Shown here: piece by piece, positions 13,903-24,914 of the stretch
Numbering within the stretch: the stretch's first letter is position 1
Layout of the letters: every line of letters begins with the position of its first letter
DNA from: Paraspadella gotoi
Taxonomy: Eukaryota; Animalia; Chaetognatha
Direction of reading: 5' to 3'
NCBI GenBank assembly: GCA_051294375.1
Contig: JBJCIZ010000646.1
Span: forward strand, 1-44,611
DNA length: 44,611 bases
Program-made: the position numbers and the translations under genes
The notes under the pieces: model-generated
What the model was told of the DNA's origin: nothing
Seen by the model: only the letters and a program-made list of their open reading frames with translations
Databases searched by the model: none

Positions 13903-14582
13903 CCCTAAGTTGTAGTTAATTCAAATAGCGATGTCGCCGGCGATTCACGCACGAGTCGCAGGTGTGGTTCAGTTTGGTTGGCGCCTTCGCCATGGCGATA
14001 TCGCCAGGGGTTGGCGATGTCGCCAGTCCCCCACTGGCGACCTCGCCAGTGATAAAGTAGCGAATATAATGAAAAGCGCAGCTAACACGGGATGAACATC
14101 ACTACAGGCTCCTCTCCCAACCCTAACCCTAAACCAAACCTCCCGTTCAACTCTGTGCCTCCCCTAACCCTAACCCGGGCCCAGGCCTCCCGTACATCTC
14201 CGTGCTTCAACCCTAATGTCCCTCGCCAGTACCTCCCTAAGCCTAACCCTAATGTGGGTTCTTGGTCATCAACAACACCTCCCTATCCCCTATCCCCTAA
14301 CCCTAACCCTAACACTAACCCCCTATCCCTAAAATTGACATAATAATAAGCTAAAATAAAACTTAACTTAACTCAACCCTAACCCTAACCCTAAACTACT
14401 CAACCCTAACCCAACTACTACCAACTTCAACCCTAACCCTAAACCAACTCAACCCTAACCCTAACCCTAATCTGAGTTTAGTTTAGGCGACATCGCCATA
14501 ACTAGAACGCTAGATTTAGTTTCAGTGGCGAAATGCCACAAATCGCGACTTAGCCATGACGCCCTCGCAATTTGGCGGTTTA
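13903..14582. mobile_element. Non-autonomous element with TGGCGAnnTCGCCA palindromic motifs and degenerate (CCCTAA)n
   Basis: Interrupts the 73-bp array; same sequence at ~24335-24905 (gapped) and ~29720-30440. Confidence 0.55.
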
Positions 14583-14978
14583 GAGATCAGCTCTGGTCAT
14601 TATCCTTTATTTCCCCCTTACCTCTCATTCATTATCAGTGAGACCACCTTCTAATCTGAGATCAGCTCTGGTCATTATCTTTATTCCCCTTACCTCTCAT
14701 TCATTATCAGTGAGACCACCTTTCTCATCTGAGATCAGCTCTGGTCCTTATCCTTCAGACAAGAATTTCTTTTGAAGTCGCCGATCGACTTCAGAAAAAT
14801 CCAAGAACTTCAAGTAATATTTGGGCTTCAACTGATGATGAGANNNNNNNNNNNNNNNNNNNNNNNNNNNNNNNNNNNNNNNNNNNNNNNNNNNNNNNNN
14901 NNNNNNNNNNNNNNNNNNNNNNNNNNNNNNNNNNNNNNNNNNNCAACTGGCATAATTTGGTCAACTGGCATAATTTGG

Positions 14979-15937
14979 TCAACGCCAGGAGACGGGAACA
15001 AATGGTCTCGCTGGCCCGTTTGAAATGTCTGCGAGTAGATCATGATTGCCAACGCGGATTTTTCTGAAATTTAAACCTGATCTGGCATCGTCAGATATTT
15101 TTTGGCAATCTGGGTCTAATACTTGTTCTCGAGCCATGTCTTCAAAATCTATTTCGAAGCTGGTTAGAGATGAAATGACTGCCTGGGCGTCTTCGAGTCG
15201 ATCTGGCTTGATGCTTTTCTCGCTTTTTTCGACGTCTCGTTTTTCGTCGGTCGGTCGGTCGGTCTGCTGGTTTTTTTTCGGATCCTGATTCTCTCTCGTC
15301 GTTGAGGGTGTCGACGGGGCATTGGGGCAGGAGAGCGCGTCCGCCACAACATTCGCCTACCCCTTGAGATATCTTATATCCGTGGTGAACTCCGCTATCG
15401 ACGAAAGTTGGTGGGCTTGTCGAATAGTTTGTGGCTCGGTTTTTTTCTTAATGGCTGAGACGAGACTTTGGTGATCCGTGTAGATCGTAAAAGCTTGTCC
15501 CTCCACCCAATGTCTGAAATGTCGGACGGCTCTGAAGGCTCCCAGTAGATCCTTGTCGAAAGGAGGCCACAGGTTTTGATTCTTCGCTAGCTTGGCCGAG
15601 AAAAAAGCCAGTGGCTCCCATCCCTTCGGTCCACGCTGCTCAAGGACGGCTCCGATGGCGTTATCCGAGGCGTCGGTTGTTATGCATAGTTGTGCACCCG
15701 TTCGAGGATGGTGGAGGAGCGCTGGCGATATGAGGCCTTCTTTGATTGCCTCGAAAGCTTTTTCGCATTCGTCTGACCAGTTGAGAGTTTTAGGCTTGCC
15801 GCTCAAAGCCTCATAAAGTGCTGCGCAGCGATGGGCAACTCTCGGTATGAAGCGGCGGTAATAATTTACCATACCGAGAAAGTGTTGCAGCTCTTTAATC
15901 GTAGTGGGCCTTGTCGTCTCGCGAAGTGTCTGTACTT
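14979..15937 (-). mobile_element. pol: Ty3/Gypsy pol fragment (RT C-terminus, RNase H, start of integrase region), defective
   Basis: KELQHFLGMVNYYRRF, TDASDNAIGAVLEQ, YTDHQ, then KG*ANVVADALS (in-frame TAG at 15357-15359). Homologous to, but distinct from, the element at 33531. No LTR seen. Confidence 0.9.
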
Positions 15938-16150
15938 AACTGATCAATATAAAATTTTAACACATAAATAGTTTTAGTATATTCTACTGAACTAAATTTT
16001 AAAATCAATGAAATAACCACTGGTTAGCAAATGACAGCGTATTTCTACCGGCGCTTGTAAAATTGTCACCATGTAAATAGATCGACTCTTTAAATTTATA
16101 AATTAAAAAATTAAGTAGTGTTAATGTTTTTTCTAATCCTTTATTTTAAG

Positions 16151-16332
16151 GAACTCCCAACTTCAGCGGGAGAAGAGTTAAAGATTTTCGCAGAGACAAC
16201 ATCGCTCGTCGGTTTAGCTCACGTTGTTGGCGATCGACAAAGATGGGCGAGGATTTTTTGGGCTTTTGCTTTTATGGGAGCATTGGCTGCTGCTCTGTAT
16301 CAAGTTGCCTATTTGATACAGAAATACCAAAG
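16151..16332 (+). CDS. DEG/ENaC gene 1 exon 2 (pre-TM1 and TM1)
   Basis: aag|ELPTSAGEELKIFAETTSLVGLAHVVGDRQRWARIFWAFAFMGALAAALYQVAYLIQKYQR|gtgatt. Confidence 0.9.
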
Positions 16333-16601
16333 GTGATTTTATTGTTTCATTACTTTATCTTATACTATATTTAATACTGAAAAGTTTAGTTGTTTTAATC
16401 TTTGTAACATTCTATTTATAAAGTTCCTAAACAAAAATGTATTGTTTGCAATAATATATTCTAAAATAAAATAAATTTATAAAAAATGTTTTAAATGCGA
16501 ATAAGAGAATAGTTTTGAATTTTTTTTCTAACACTAATTATTACTATTATTACTAATTATTACTAATTATTACACTAATTATTACTAATTATTTTGCTTA
16601 G

Positions 16602-16724
16602 GTTTGAGATCGCAACCGAAATTAGCTACCAAACATCAAAATTTCAATCTTTTCCTTATATCACCATTTGCAACCTTAATCCGGTTCAAGAAAGAAAACT
16701 GAGCCGCAGCCCGGAACTGGACAG
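16602..16724 (+). CDS. DEG/ENaC gene 1 exon 3
   Basis: Family signature FPYITICNLNP; tag|...|gtttgc; phases consistent. Confidence 0.92.
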
Positions 16725-16868
16725 GTTTGCAAAAATAGATTTAAGTTTTAAAGTCATTGCAAGCATAAAAAGTGTCATATAAATAATTGACAACGTACAA
16801 TCTCATAATGAAAAATCTATTAATTACCTACATTTATTAGTTTTATTTTATTTAATAAATTTGTTTAG

Positions 16869-16956
16869 GTTGTACGATTTTCTTAATTATCCCGACGACT
16901 ACGACGATGCAGAAAGAGCGGAAATGTTTGGTCTCAGCGAAGAAGAAGTTTATGAC
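16869..16956 (+). CDS. DEG/ENaC gene 1 exon 4
   Basis: LYDFLNYPDDYDDAERAEMFGLSEEEVYD; AG/GT bounded; conserved in the paralog at 40767. Confidence 0.85.
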
Positions 16957-17801
16957 GTATGTTTATTTTGTTGTAAATAAATTAAAAATGATAAAATAAT
17001 AAAATTGTTTAAACAAACATTTGACTTTCTTAATAATTTATTTTAAAGAAACTTTACAGTAGAAATCTACTATGAAATTAAATTCAATAGGGGCTGGGGT
17101 TCAAAACTTTAGTCTTGAAGTATACTTTCAGGTAAAAAAGAATTTTAAAAAAAAGTTCAATTTTAATGCTTTTATTGTTACTATCAAGATTACAATATTA
17201 CTATCTAATAATAAAAAAGTTTTTTAATCGATCTTAACTTTTTTTGATGGATTCTGATAGAACATAAAAAGTTAAATAAAAAACATAACTACAACTTTTA
17301 AAAATATTTATGTTTTCTTGGTCAAAATTTAAAAAAAGTAATAAAAATATCAAAAGATGATGATGATGATGATTATTAATAGTTTTTTATATTTTTCACC
17401 CAGTTATGATCAAAATATCAAAAAAAGAATTATACTTTGTGGAGACAACTTTTTGCAAGCTACCTGAATCTGATCTTAAAAATAAAAAAATCTTTAAAAA
17501 AATTGTACCCTTTCTTATTTATAAATAAATATTAAAAAATTAATATATGGGGTATGGAGTAATATTAAATTTTTTGTCTACTCAAATTGTTTTTAAAATG
17601 TCTAAATTTTTGTTTGAGCAGGTGCTTAATTCAAACTTTTTAACAACCTTACTGAGTTGATTATATATTATATATTACATTATATTAAAACGTTTTATGT
17701 TTTAATTCATTCATTTAATTCTAATTAATTAACAGACAAGAAGATCTTGATAATCCACAGATTAAATCAAATATTGAACCATACTATTTTTTCTGTTTTA
17801 G

Positions 17802-17985
17802 CCATCTACCGATCCCAATTGCGAGAAATGGGGATTTGACTACAGTGAACTTCAACAAGATGAAGATGATCCAGAGGAAGAAGAAAATCCAGATGACGGA
17901 ATCGATCCAGATGAATTAACTCCAGATGAATTCGAAGAATATGAAAGATGTAGACCTAAAGAAGTTGAAGAAACAGATGAAAAAG
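17802..17985 (+). CDS. DEG/ENaC gene 1 exon 5 (acidic finger region)
   Basis: PSTDPNCEKWGFDYSELQQDEDDPEEEENPDDGIDPDELTPDEFEEYERCRPKEVEETDEK; start homologous to paralog 40951. Confidence 0.85.
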
Positions 17986-18247
17986 GTAGAAATCGGGGCT
18001 GAGATACGCAAATATCGGCAATATATTCTGAAAACGTCACATTGCAATCTAAATTGACAATTAAAGTTGTTTTTAGGTTTAAAGATTAGTTTGGGAGTAA
18101 AGGATAAGAATTAGATTACAATTTTGGTTAGGGATTAAGGTTAGAAGATAAAATTTAAAAAAGGTTAGGGTTAGGTATTAAAGATAAAAATAAAGATAAA
18201 AAGTAGATAAAGCCCTAAGTGCTATCCGTAACTTCTTTAACCCCCTA

Positions 18248-18392
18248 TAACAGCTATGGAACGGGTCCTGGGCTTGGAATAAGGCTTGAGGGTTTTCCAC
18301 GCTCACAAGGCTGTTTACGTAACGGGTTAGAACTGAACCCGGTACCTAGTGGTCGTGAGCTGACGGGTTTACTCAATGAGCGACCGGGTCAC
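18248..18392 (-). mobile_element. Degenerate tRNA-derived SINE-like sequence in intron 5 (also ~7280-7425)
   Basis: GC-rich island; minus strand has A-box-like TCGCTCATTGAG and B-box-like GGGTTCAGTTCT. Confidence 0.35.
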
Positions 18393-18509
18393 AATTGAAT
18401 ATGTCATGTTTATAGGATTAATTCCAATAATACAACAAAAAGAGAGAATTACACAATGTCTAACAATAAAATTTTTAAAATATTAAAAAAAAATTACTAA
18501 TATTTTCAG

Positions 18510-18630
18510 CCCGTTCTCTACTTCGGGAAAAACTCGCCACAATTAAATACGCGGAATTAGTTAATTTGACTCAATCGCGCGAAGAAATGATTATTTCCTG
18601 CATTTTCAATGGAACACAATGCGCAGCCAA
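18510..18630 (+). CDS. DEG/ENaC gene 1 exon 6
   Basis: ARSLLREKLATIKYAELVNLTQSREEMIISCIFNGTQCAA (SCxFxGxxC motif). Confidence 0.9.
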
Positions 18631-18638
18631 GTTAGATT

Positions 18639-21043
18639 AATGATGAATAATGAGAATGATGAATGATGAGAATGATGAATAATGAGAATGATGAATGATG
18701 AGAATGATGAATAATGAGAATGATGAATGATGAGTGATGAGAATGATGAATGATGAGAATGATGAATGATAAGAATGATTATTAATATGAATGATGAGAA
18801 TGATTAATAATGGGAATGATGAGAATGATGAATGATGAGAATGATGAATAATGAGAATGATGAATGATGAGAATGATGAGAATGATAAATAATGAGAATG
18901 ATGAATAATGGGAAGGATGAATGATGAGAATGATGAATGATGAGAAAGATAAATAATGAGAATGATGAATAATGAGAATGATGAATTATGAGAATGATGA
19001 ATGATGAGAATGATGAATGATGAGAATGATGAATGATAAGAATGATTAATAATATGAATGATGAGAATGATGAATAATGGGAATGATGAATGATGAGAAT
19101 GATGAATGATGAGAATGATGAATAATGAGAATGATGAGAATGATGAGAATGATAAATAATGAGAATGATGAATAATGGGAAGGATGAATGATGAATAATG
19201 AGAATGATGAATGATGAGAAGGATAAATCATGAGAATGATGAATAATGAGAATGATGAATGATGGGAATGATGAATTATGAGAATGATGAATAATGAGTG
19301 TGAAATATCTTTTCTATTTCACGCTCGTAAAGTCTAAGGTTCGCGGCTTCGCCCGTCCGAAGGAGTTAACGTGAGTTTTAAGGAAGGAAAAACAAGAGAT
19401 GTTTGAATTTCAAAGTTTTTATTTAAATACAAAAGTATGAGATAATAATTGCCTTCCAAAAAGCCCGTAAAAATCTGGTTTCATCTGGGCAAGCGAGTTT
19501 CTACTTTGGTATGAAACGGGACTAATCAGCGGAGGTATAAATATTGATCATAAAGATATTATCAACCCAGATAATGATGGACTCGAAACTAGACAACCTT
19601 TTTCTTAATGAGAATGATGAGAATGATGAATGATGAGAATGATAAATAGTGAGAATGATGAATAATGAGAATGATGAATGATGAGAATGATAAATGATGA
19701 GAATGATAAAAATGATGTATGATGAGAATGATAAATGATGAGAATGATGAAAATGATGAATGATGAGAATGATCAATAATGAGAATGATGATTGATGAGA
19801 ATGATGAATATAAGAATGATGAATAATAAAAATGATGAATGATGAGAATGATGAATGATGAGAATGATAAATAATGAGAATGATGAATAATGAGAATGAT
19901 GAATGATGAGAATGAAAAATGATGAGAATGATGAATGATGTGAATGATGAATTATGAGAATGATGAATGATGAGAATGATGAATGATGAGAAAGATGAAT
20001 GATGAGATTGATGAATAATGAGATTGATGAGAATGATGAAAGATGAATAATGATAATGATGAATGATGAGAATGATGAATAATGAGAATGATGAATGATG
20101 AGAATAATAAATGATGAGAATGATAAATGATGACAATGATAAATAATGAGAATGATGAATAAGGAGAATGATAAATGATGAGAATGGTGAATTATGAGAA
20201 TGATGAATTATGAGGAATGATGATAATGATAAATGATGAGAAATGCTGAATGATTAGATTGATGATGATAAGATGATGAATGATGAGAATGATAAATGAT
20301 GAGAATGATAAATGATGAGAATGATAAATAATTGAAAATGATGAATTATGAGAAATAAATGATGAGAAATGATGATGAGAATGATAAGAATCATTAAATG
20401 ATGAGAATGATGAATAATGAGAATGATGAATGAGGAGAATGATAAATAATGAGAATGATGAATGATGAGAATGATAAATGATGAGAATGATAAATAATGA
20501 GAATCATGAATGATGAGAATGATAAATACTGAGAATGATGAATGATGAGAATGATAAATGATGAGAATGATGAATGATGAGAATGATGAGAATGATAAAT
20601 GATGAGAATGATAAATAATGAGAAAGATTAATGATATGAATGATGATAATGATAAATGATGAGAATGATGAATGATTAGATTGATGAGTGATGAGAATGA
20701 TGAATGATGAGAATGATAAATGATGAGAATGATAAATGATGAGAATGATAAATAATGAGAATGATGAATGATGAGAATAATGAATGATGAGAATGATAAA
20801 TGATGAGAATGATGATGAGAATGATAAATGATGAGAATCATAAATGATGAGAATGATAAATAATGAGAATGATGAATGATGAGAATGATAAATAATGAGA
20901 ATGATGAATGATGAGAATGATGAGAATGATAAATGATGAGAATGATAAATAATGAGAATCGAGAATGATGAATGATGAGAATGATAAATGATGAGAATGG
21001 AGAATGATGAACGATGATAATGATAAATGATCAGAATGATGAA
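18639..21043. repeat. ATG/TGA-rich satellite in intron 6, copy B, with a unique insert at ~19298-19605
   Basis: Mixed 7/9/16-nt units (GAATGATGA, ATAATGA). Confidence 0.92.
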
Positions 21044-21171
21044 AATTCGAAAAAGCTGAGCCAAATCATTACCGCTTTCTTATTTAGAATTTTTCTCTTC
21101 TCTGTGATGACACAAATGATAAATGATAAAAAATCGTTTTAACTATAATTTATATTTATATTATTCCCCAG

Positions 21172-21323
21172 GGACTTTGGCTATTTTCCTTCCGCTCGGT
21201 ATGGACGTTGTCTTCAGTTTCCAAAGTCAGGAACACGTTATGCTAAGTTTACTGGACCATCGGCTGGACTCGAGCTTATGCTCTTTCTTAATACTGATGA
21301 ATACACATTTTCCAGCAATATTG
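21172..21323 (+). CDS. DEG/ENaC gene 1 exon 7
   Basis: DFGYFPSARYGRCLQFPKSGTRYAKFTGPSAGLELMLFLNTDEYTFSSNI (equivalent to the YGNCYTFN and GxxxGLxLxL motifs). Confidence 0.9.
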
Positions 21324-21440
21324 GTGAGCTTGAAAGCAAGCAGGTTCCTGCTTGGTGAGATTAAAATATTGCAGGTTCCTGCTTGGTGAGGTTACAAGCT
21401 TGCAGTTCCTTGCTTGGTGAGATTGAAAGCTTGCAGGACT
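21321..21440 (+). repeat. 4 x 31-bp tandem repeat containing the exon-7 donor (TTG|GTGAG)
   Basis: GT at 21324, 21355, 21386, 21417; also ~10481-10602 and ~26126-26240. Confidence 0.85.
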
Positions 21441-21662
21441 CCGCTATATTATTATCGTGTAAGAGAGCCATGGCTTGTCCAAAGTCGGGGGCACGATAGC
21501 TAATATCTTACAAATTAATTAATCTCACCAAGAAATAGAAATTACAGATAATTTATCGTTTAGTCCATGTTACCAACTAAAATAAGAATGAATAAATCAA
21601 TTTATGAATGAACTTATGAAAGAATTTAAAAAATGGATGAATTTATTAATGAAATAATTTAG

Positions 21663-21763
21663 GAGCTCGAATCGAGATTCATCCGCCTAAAACATCCGCT
21701 TATCCCTACGAAAATGGATTTTATGTCAAAGCTGGTTCCATGACATCTATCGCTATAAGAAAG
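21663..21763 (+). CDS. DEG/ENaC gene 1 exon 8
   Basis: GARIEIHPPKTSAYPYENGFYVKAGSMTSIAIRK (GxRxxIH...G..V..G..T motif). Confidence 0.9.
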
Positions 21764-21778
21764 GTAATTGTGATTGTT

Positions 21779-21832
<54 letters not shown>

Positions 21833-21913
21833 TGTGTTAATAGTGATCTAGTATCGACATTTTGTTCAGAGAATAATAATTTTAATAATAATAATTTTTC
21901 AAATGATCTTAAG

Positions 21914-22048
21914 TTGAAATTGTCACGTATGGGTGAGCCTTACGGAAAATGCATCAACATAACGGATGAAGAAGATCTTGAAAGATTTTATCCTCATATT
22001 CTCAGATTGAAAAAGAAATACAAACTGACGAAGAAATATTCAGTTCAG
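21914..22048 (+). CDS. DEG/ENaC gene 1 exon 9
   Basis: LKLSRMGEPYGKCINITDEED...KYSVQ (PYGxC motif). Confidence 0.88.
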
Positions 22049-22131
22049 GTTTGTTAAAAGAATATTAAAAATGATATAATGATTAAAAACTGATATGAAC
22101 TAATTCTCCTATGAAATATCTATTATTTCAG

Positions 22132-22309
22132 GATTGCGAAAGTATCTGTCACTACGAAACGATCAAGCATTATTGTAGCTGTCGTGAAAGAGTTTCTCCC
22201 TTCATCAGTCGAGATCCTGACAAAACCGGAGACAATGCATTTGACTTCTGCACACCAGACCACAGAAAATGTGTCAAAGGAGCTGATGCTCGATTTAAAA
22301 GCAAATTAA
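22132..22309 (+). CDS. DEG/ENaC gene 1 exon 10 (Cys-rich thumb)
   Basis: DCESICHYETIKHYCSCRE...FCTPDHRKCV; cag|...|gtaagt. Confidence 0.92.
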
Positions 22310-22453
22310 GTAAGTTTATTAATTTGGACTAAATTCTGTAAGCTATCTTGATGTTTTCATAAAGAAATAACCTTGTATGCTTATATGCTTCACTTATAAA
22401 AAAAAACTAAAATACTAAAATATATATTCAATCTATAAATATTTTTTTGTTAG

Positions 22454-22511
22454 CGTGTGGAAGTCTTGATTTTCCTACTGATCCTGACCTACAATGTCCC
22501 AATTCATGCAG
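22454..22511 (+). CDS. DEG/ENaC gene 1 exon 11
   Basis: TCGSLDFPTDPDLQCPNSC (CPxxC motif); phases 1 and 2 fit the neighbouring exons. Confidence 0.88.
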
Positions 22512-22620
22512 GTGAATTAAAACTCAATTTATATTCAGATTAGATTCATACGTTCAGAGTATAAAGTTTAAATTATTTTTTGACAACAAAATTTAAAGGC
22601 TAATTGAAAATAATATAATA

Positions 22621-22692
<72 letters not shown>

Positions 22693-23025
22693 TAATAATA
22701 TACCTAAAATTAAACAAAATATCAGTTGTTAACATAAATTTTGGTTACCTTGATGCTATTTGAGATACAGCCATATGTCATTTTAATTATGATGAAGACT
22801 CTTACAAGAGTCTAAACATGTCCCAAATGTAAATAAAAAATCGTTGTTCCATCCAAAACTGTCTTCCCTAATTATGATGGCTAAAATTTTCAGAGACTAG
22901 AGGAATATAATTTTATCTTGTCCTATTGTTTCTTAATATTTTGTATCGTATAATTTGTTTTCTAAATTTTCTTCAAAAATGATTACTTTTAAATGTTATT
23001 TTCTTTTAAGCATCTTTATTTGTTC

Positions 23026-24333
23026 CCTGGTCATTATCCTTTATTCCCCTTACCTCTCATTCATTATCAGTGAGACGAACTTCTCATCTGAGATCAGCTC
23101 TGGTCATTATCCTTTATTCCCCTTACCTCTCATTCATTATCAGTGAGACGAACTTCTCAACTGAGATCAGCTCTGGTCATTATCCTTTATTCCCCTTACC
23201 TCTCATTCATTATCAGTGAGACGACCTTCTCATCTGAGATCAGCTCTGGTCATTATCTTTTATTCCTCTTACCTCTCATTCATTATCAGTGAGACGACCT
23301 TCTCATCTGAGATCAGCTCTGGTCATTATCCTTTATTCCCCTTACCTCTCATTCATTATCAGTGAGACGACCTTCTCATCTGAGATCAGCTCTGGTCATT
23401 ATCCTTTATTCCCCTTACCTCTCATTCATTATCAGTGAGACAACCTTCTCATCTGAGATCAGCTCTGGTCATTAGAGTGGAGCACTGGGGAACATAAATT
23501 TTATTTGAGTGAACAAACAAGAATATTTAGACGTGAGATAGTATGATTAAGAAGTACAAAAAATATTTTGCTTATATTGTTTGGGGAACAGTATCATTAA
23601 TTACAATATATTTATAGTAATATCCTTATAAAATTATAAATTTTCAAAATATTTTTTTAAAAGGTTTTATTAAAGATTCTGATTCTTCATAATTTGTAGT
23701 AGAAACTATTATATGANNNNNNNNNNNNNNNNNNNNNNNNNNNNNNNNNNNNNNNNNNNNNNNNNNNNNNNNNNNNNNNNNNNNNNNNNNNNNNNNNNNN
23801 NNNNNNNNNNNNNNNNNNNNNNNNNNNNNNNNNNNNNNNNNNNNNNNNNNNNNNNNNNNNNNNNNNNNNNNNNNNNNNNNNNNNNNNNNNNNNNNNNNNN
23901 NNNNNNNNNNNNNNNNNNNNNNNNNNNNNNNNNNNNNNNNNNNNNNNNNNNNNNNNNNNNNNNNNNNNNNNNNNNNNNNNNNNNNNNNNNNNNNNNNNNN
24001 NNNNNNNNNNNNNNNNNNNNNNNNNNNNNNNNNNNNNNNNNNNNNNNNNNNNNNNNNNNNNNTCCATCGCTCAATCTTTTCATCACTCCACCCTACTGGT
24101 CATTATCCTTTATTCCCCTTACCTCTAATTTATTATCAGTGAGACGAACTTCTCATCTGACATCAGCTCTGGTCATTATCCTTTATTCCCCTTACCTCTC
24201 ATTCATTATCAGCGAGACGACCTTCTCATCTGAGTTCAGCTCTGGTTATTATCCTTTATTCCCCTTACCTCTCATTCATTATCAGTGAGACAAACTTCTC
24301 ATCTGAGATCAGCTCTGGTCATTATCCTTTATT
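23026..24333 (+). repeat. 73-bp splice-acceptor minisatellite, copy B (6 + 3 acceptors, N gap between)
   Basis: CAG ends at 23070, 23143, 23216, 23289, 23362, 23435: exact 73-bp period. Confidence 0.92.
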
Positions 24334-24914
24334 ACCCTAAGTTGTAGTTAATTCAAATAGCGATGTCGCCGGCGATTCACGCACGAGTCNNNNNNNNNNN
24401 NNNNNNNNNNNNNNNNNNNNNNNNNNNNNNNNNNNNNNNNNNNNNNNNNNNNNNNNNNNNNNNNNNNNNNNNNNNNNNNNNNNNNNNNNNNNNNNNNNNN
24501 NNNNNNNNNNNNNNNNNNNNNNNNNNNNNNNNNNNNNNNNNNNNNNNNNNNNNNNNNNNNNNNNNNNNNNNNNNNNNNNNNNNNNNNNNNNNNNNNNNNN
24601 NNNNNNNNNNNNNNNNNNNNNNNNNNNNNNNNNNNNNNNNNNNNNNNNNNNNNNNNNNNNNNNNNNNNNNNNNNNNNNNNNNNNNNNNNNNNNNNNNNNN
24701 NNNNNNNNNNNNNNNNNNNNNNNNNNNNNNNNNNNNNNNNNNNNNNNNNNNNNNNNNNNNTAATGTCCCTCGCCAGTACCTTCCCTAAGCCTAACCCTAA
24801 TGTGGGTTTCTTGGTCATCAACAACACCCTCCCTATCCCCTATCCCCTAACCCTAACCCTAACACTAACCCCCTATCCCTAAAATTGACATTAATAATAA
24901 GCCTAAAATGGGGG

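Larger units (their letters stand above)
12553..14752 (+). repeat. 73-bp minisatellite derived from the intron 11/exon 12 junction, copy A (blocks of 8, 3 and 2 acceptors)
   Basis: Unit TTATTCCCCTTACCTCTCATTCATTATCAG|TGAGACGACCTTCTCATCTGAGATCAGCTCTGGTCATTATCCT; the last unit (14711) runs into the real exon. Confidence 0.9.
5067..14842 (+). pseudogene. Copy A of DEG/ENaC gene 1 (exons 2-12 partial), frameshifted; probably uncorrected long-read sequence rather than a true pseudogene
   Basis: Colinear with 16151-24905 in exons and introns. Differences are mostly 1-nt indels. Ends at the N gap 14843-14943. Confidence 0.7.

Noticed and set aside
14115-14470. True telomere or chromosome end
   Set aside because: Degenerate, internal, and embedded in an intronic element
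14944-14982. Short tandem duplication CAACTGGCATAATTTGGT
   Set aside because: Directly at a contig edge; likely an assembly artefact
18639-21043. Multiple RUGAUGA C-box motifs suggesting a snoRNA cluster
   Set aside because: Simple-repeat by-product; no paired D boxes or terminal stems
23026-23473. 73-bp palindromic repeats as a CRISPR array
   Set aside because: No unique spacers, no cas genes, eukaryotic intron context; the unit derives from the intron/exon junction
23687-24827. ORFs spanning N runs
   Set aside because: Artefacts of assembly gaps
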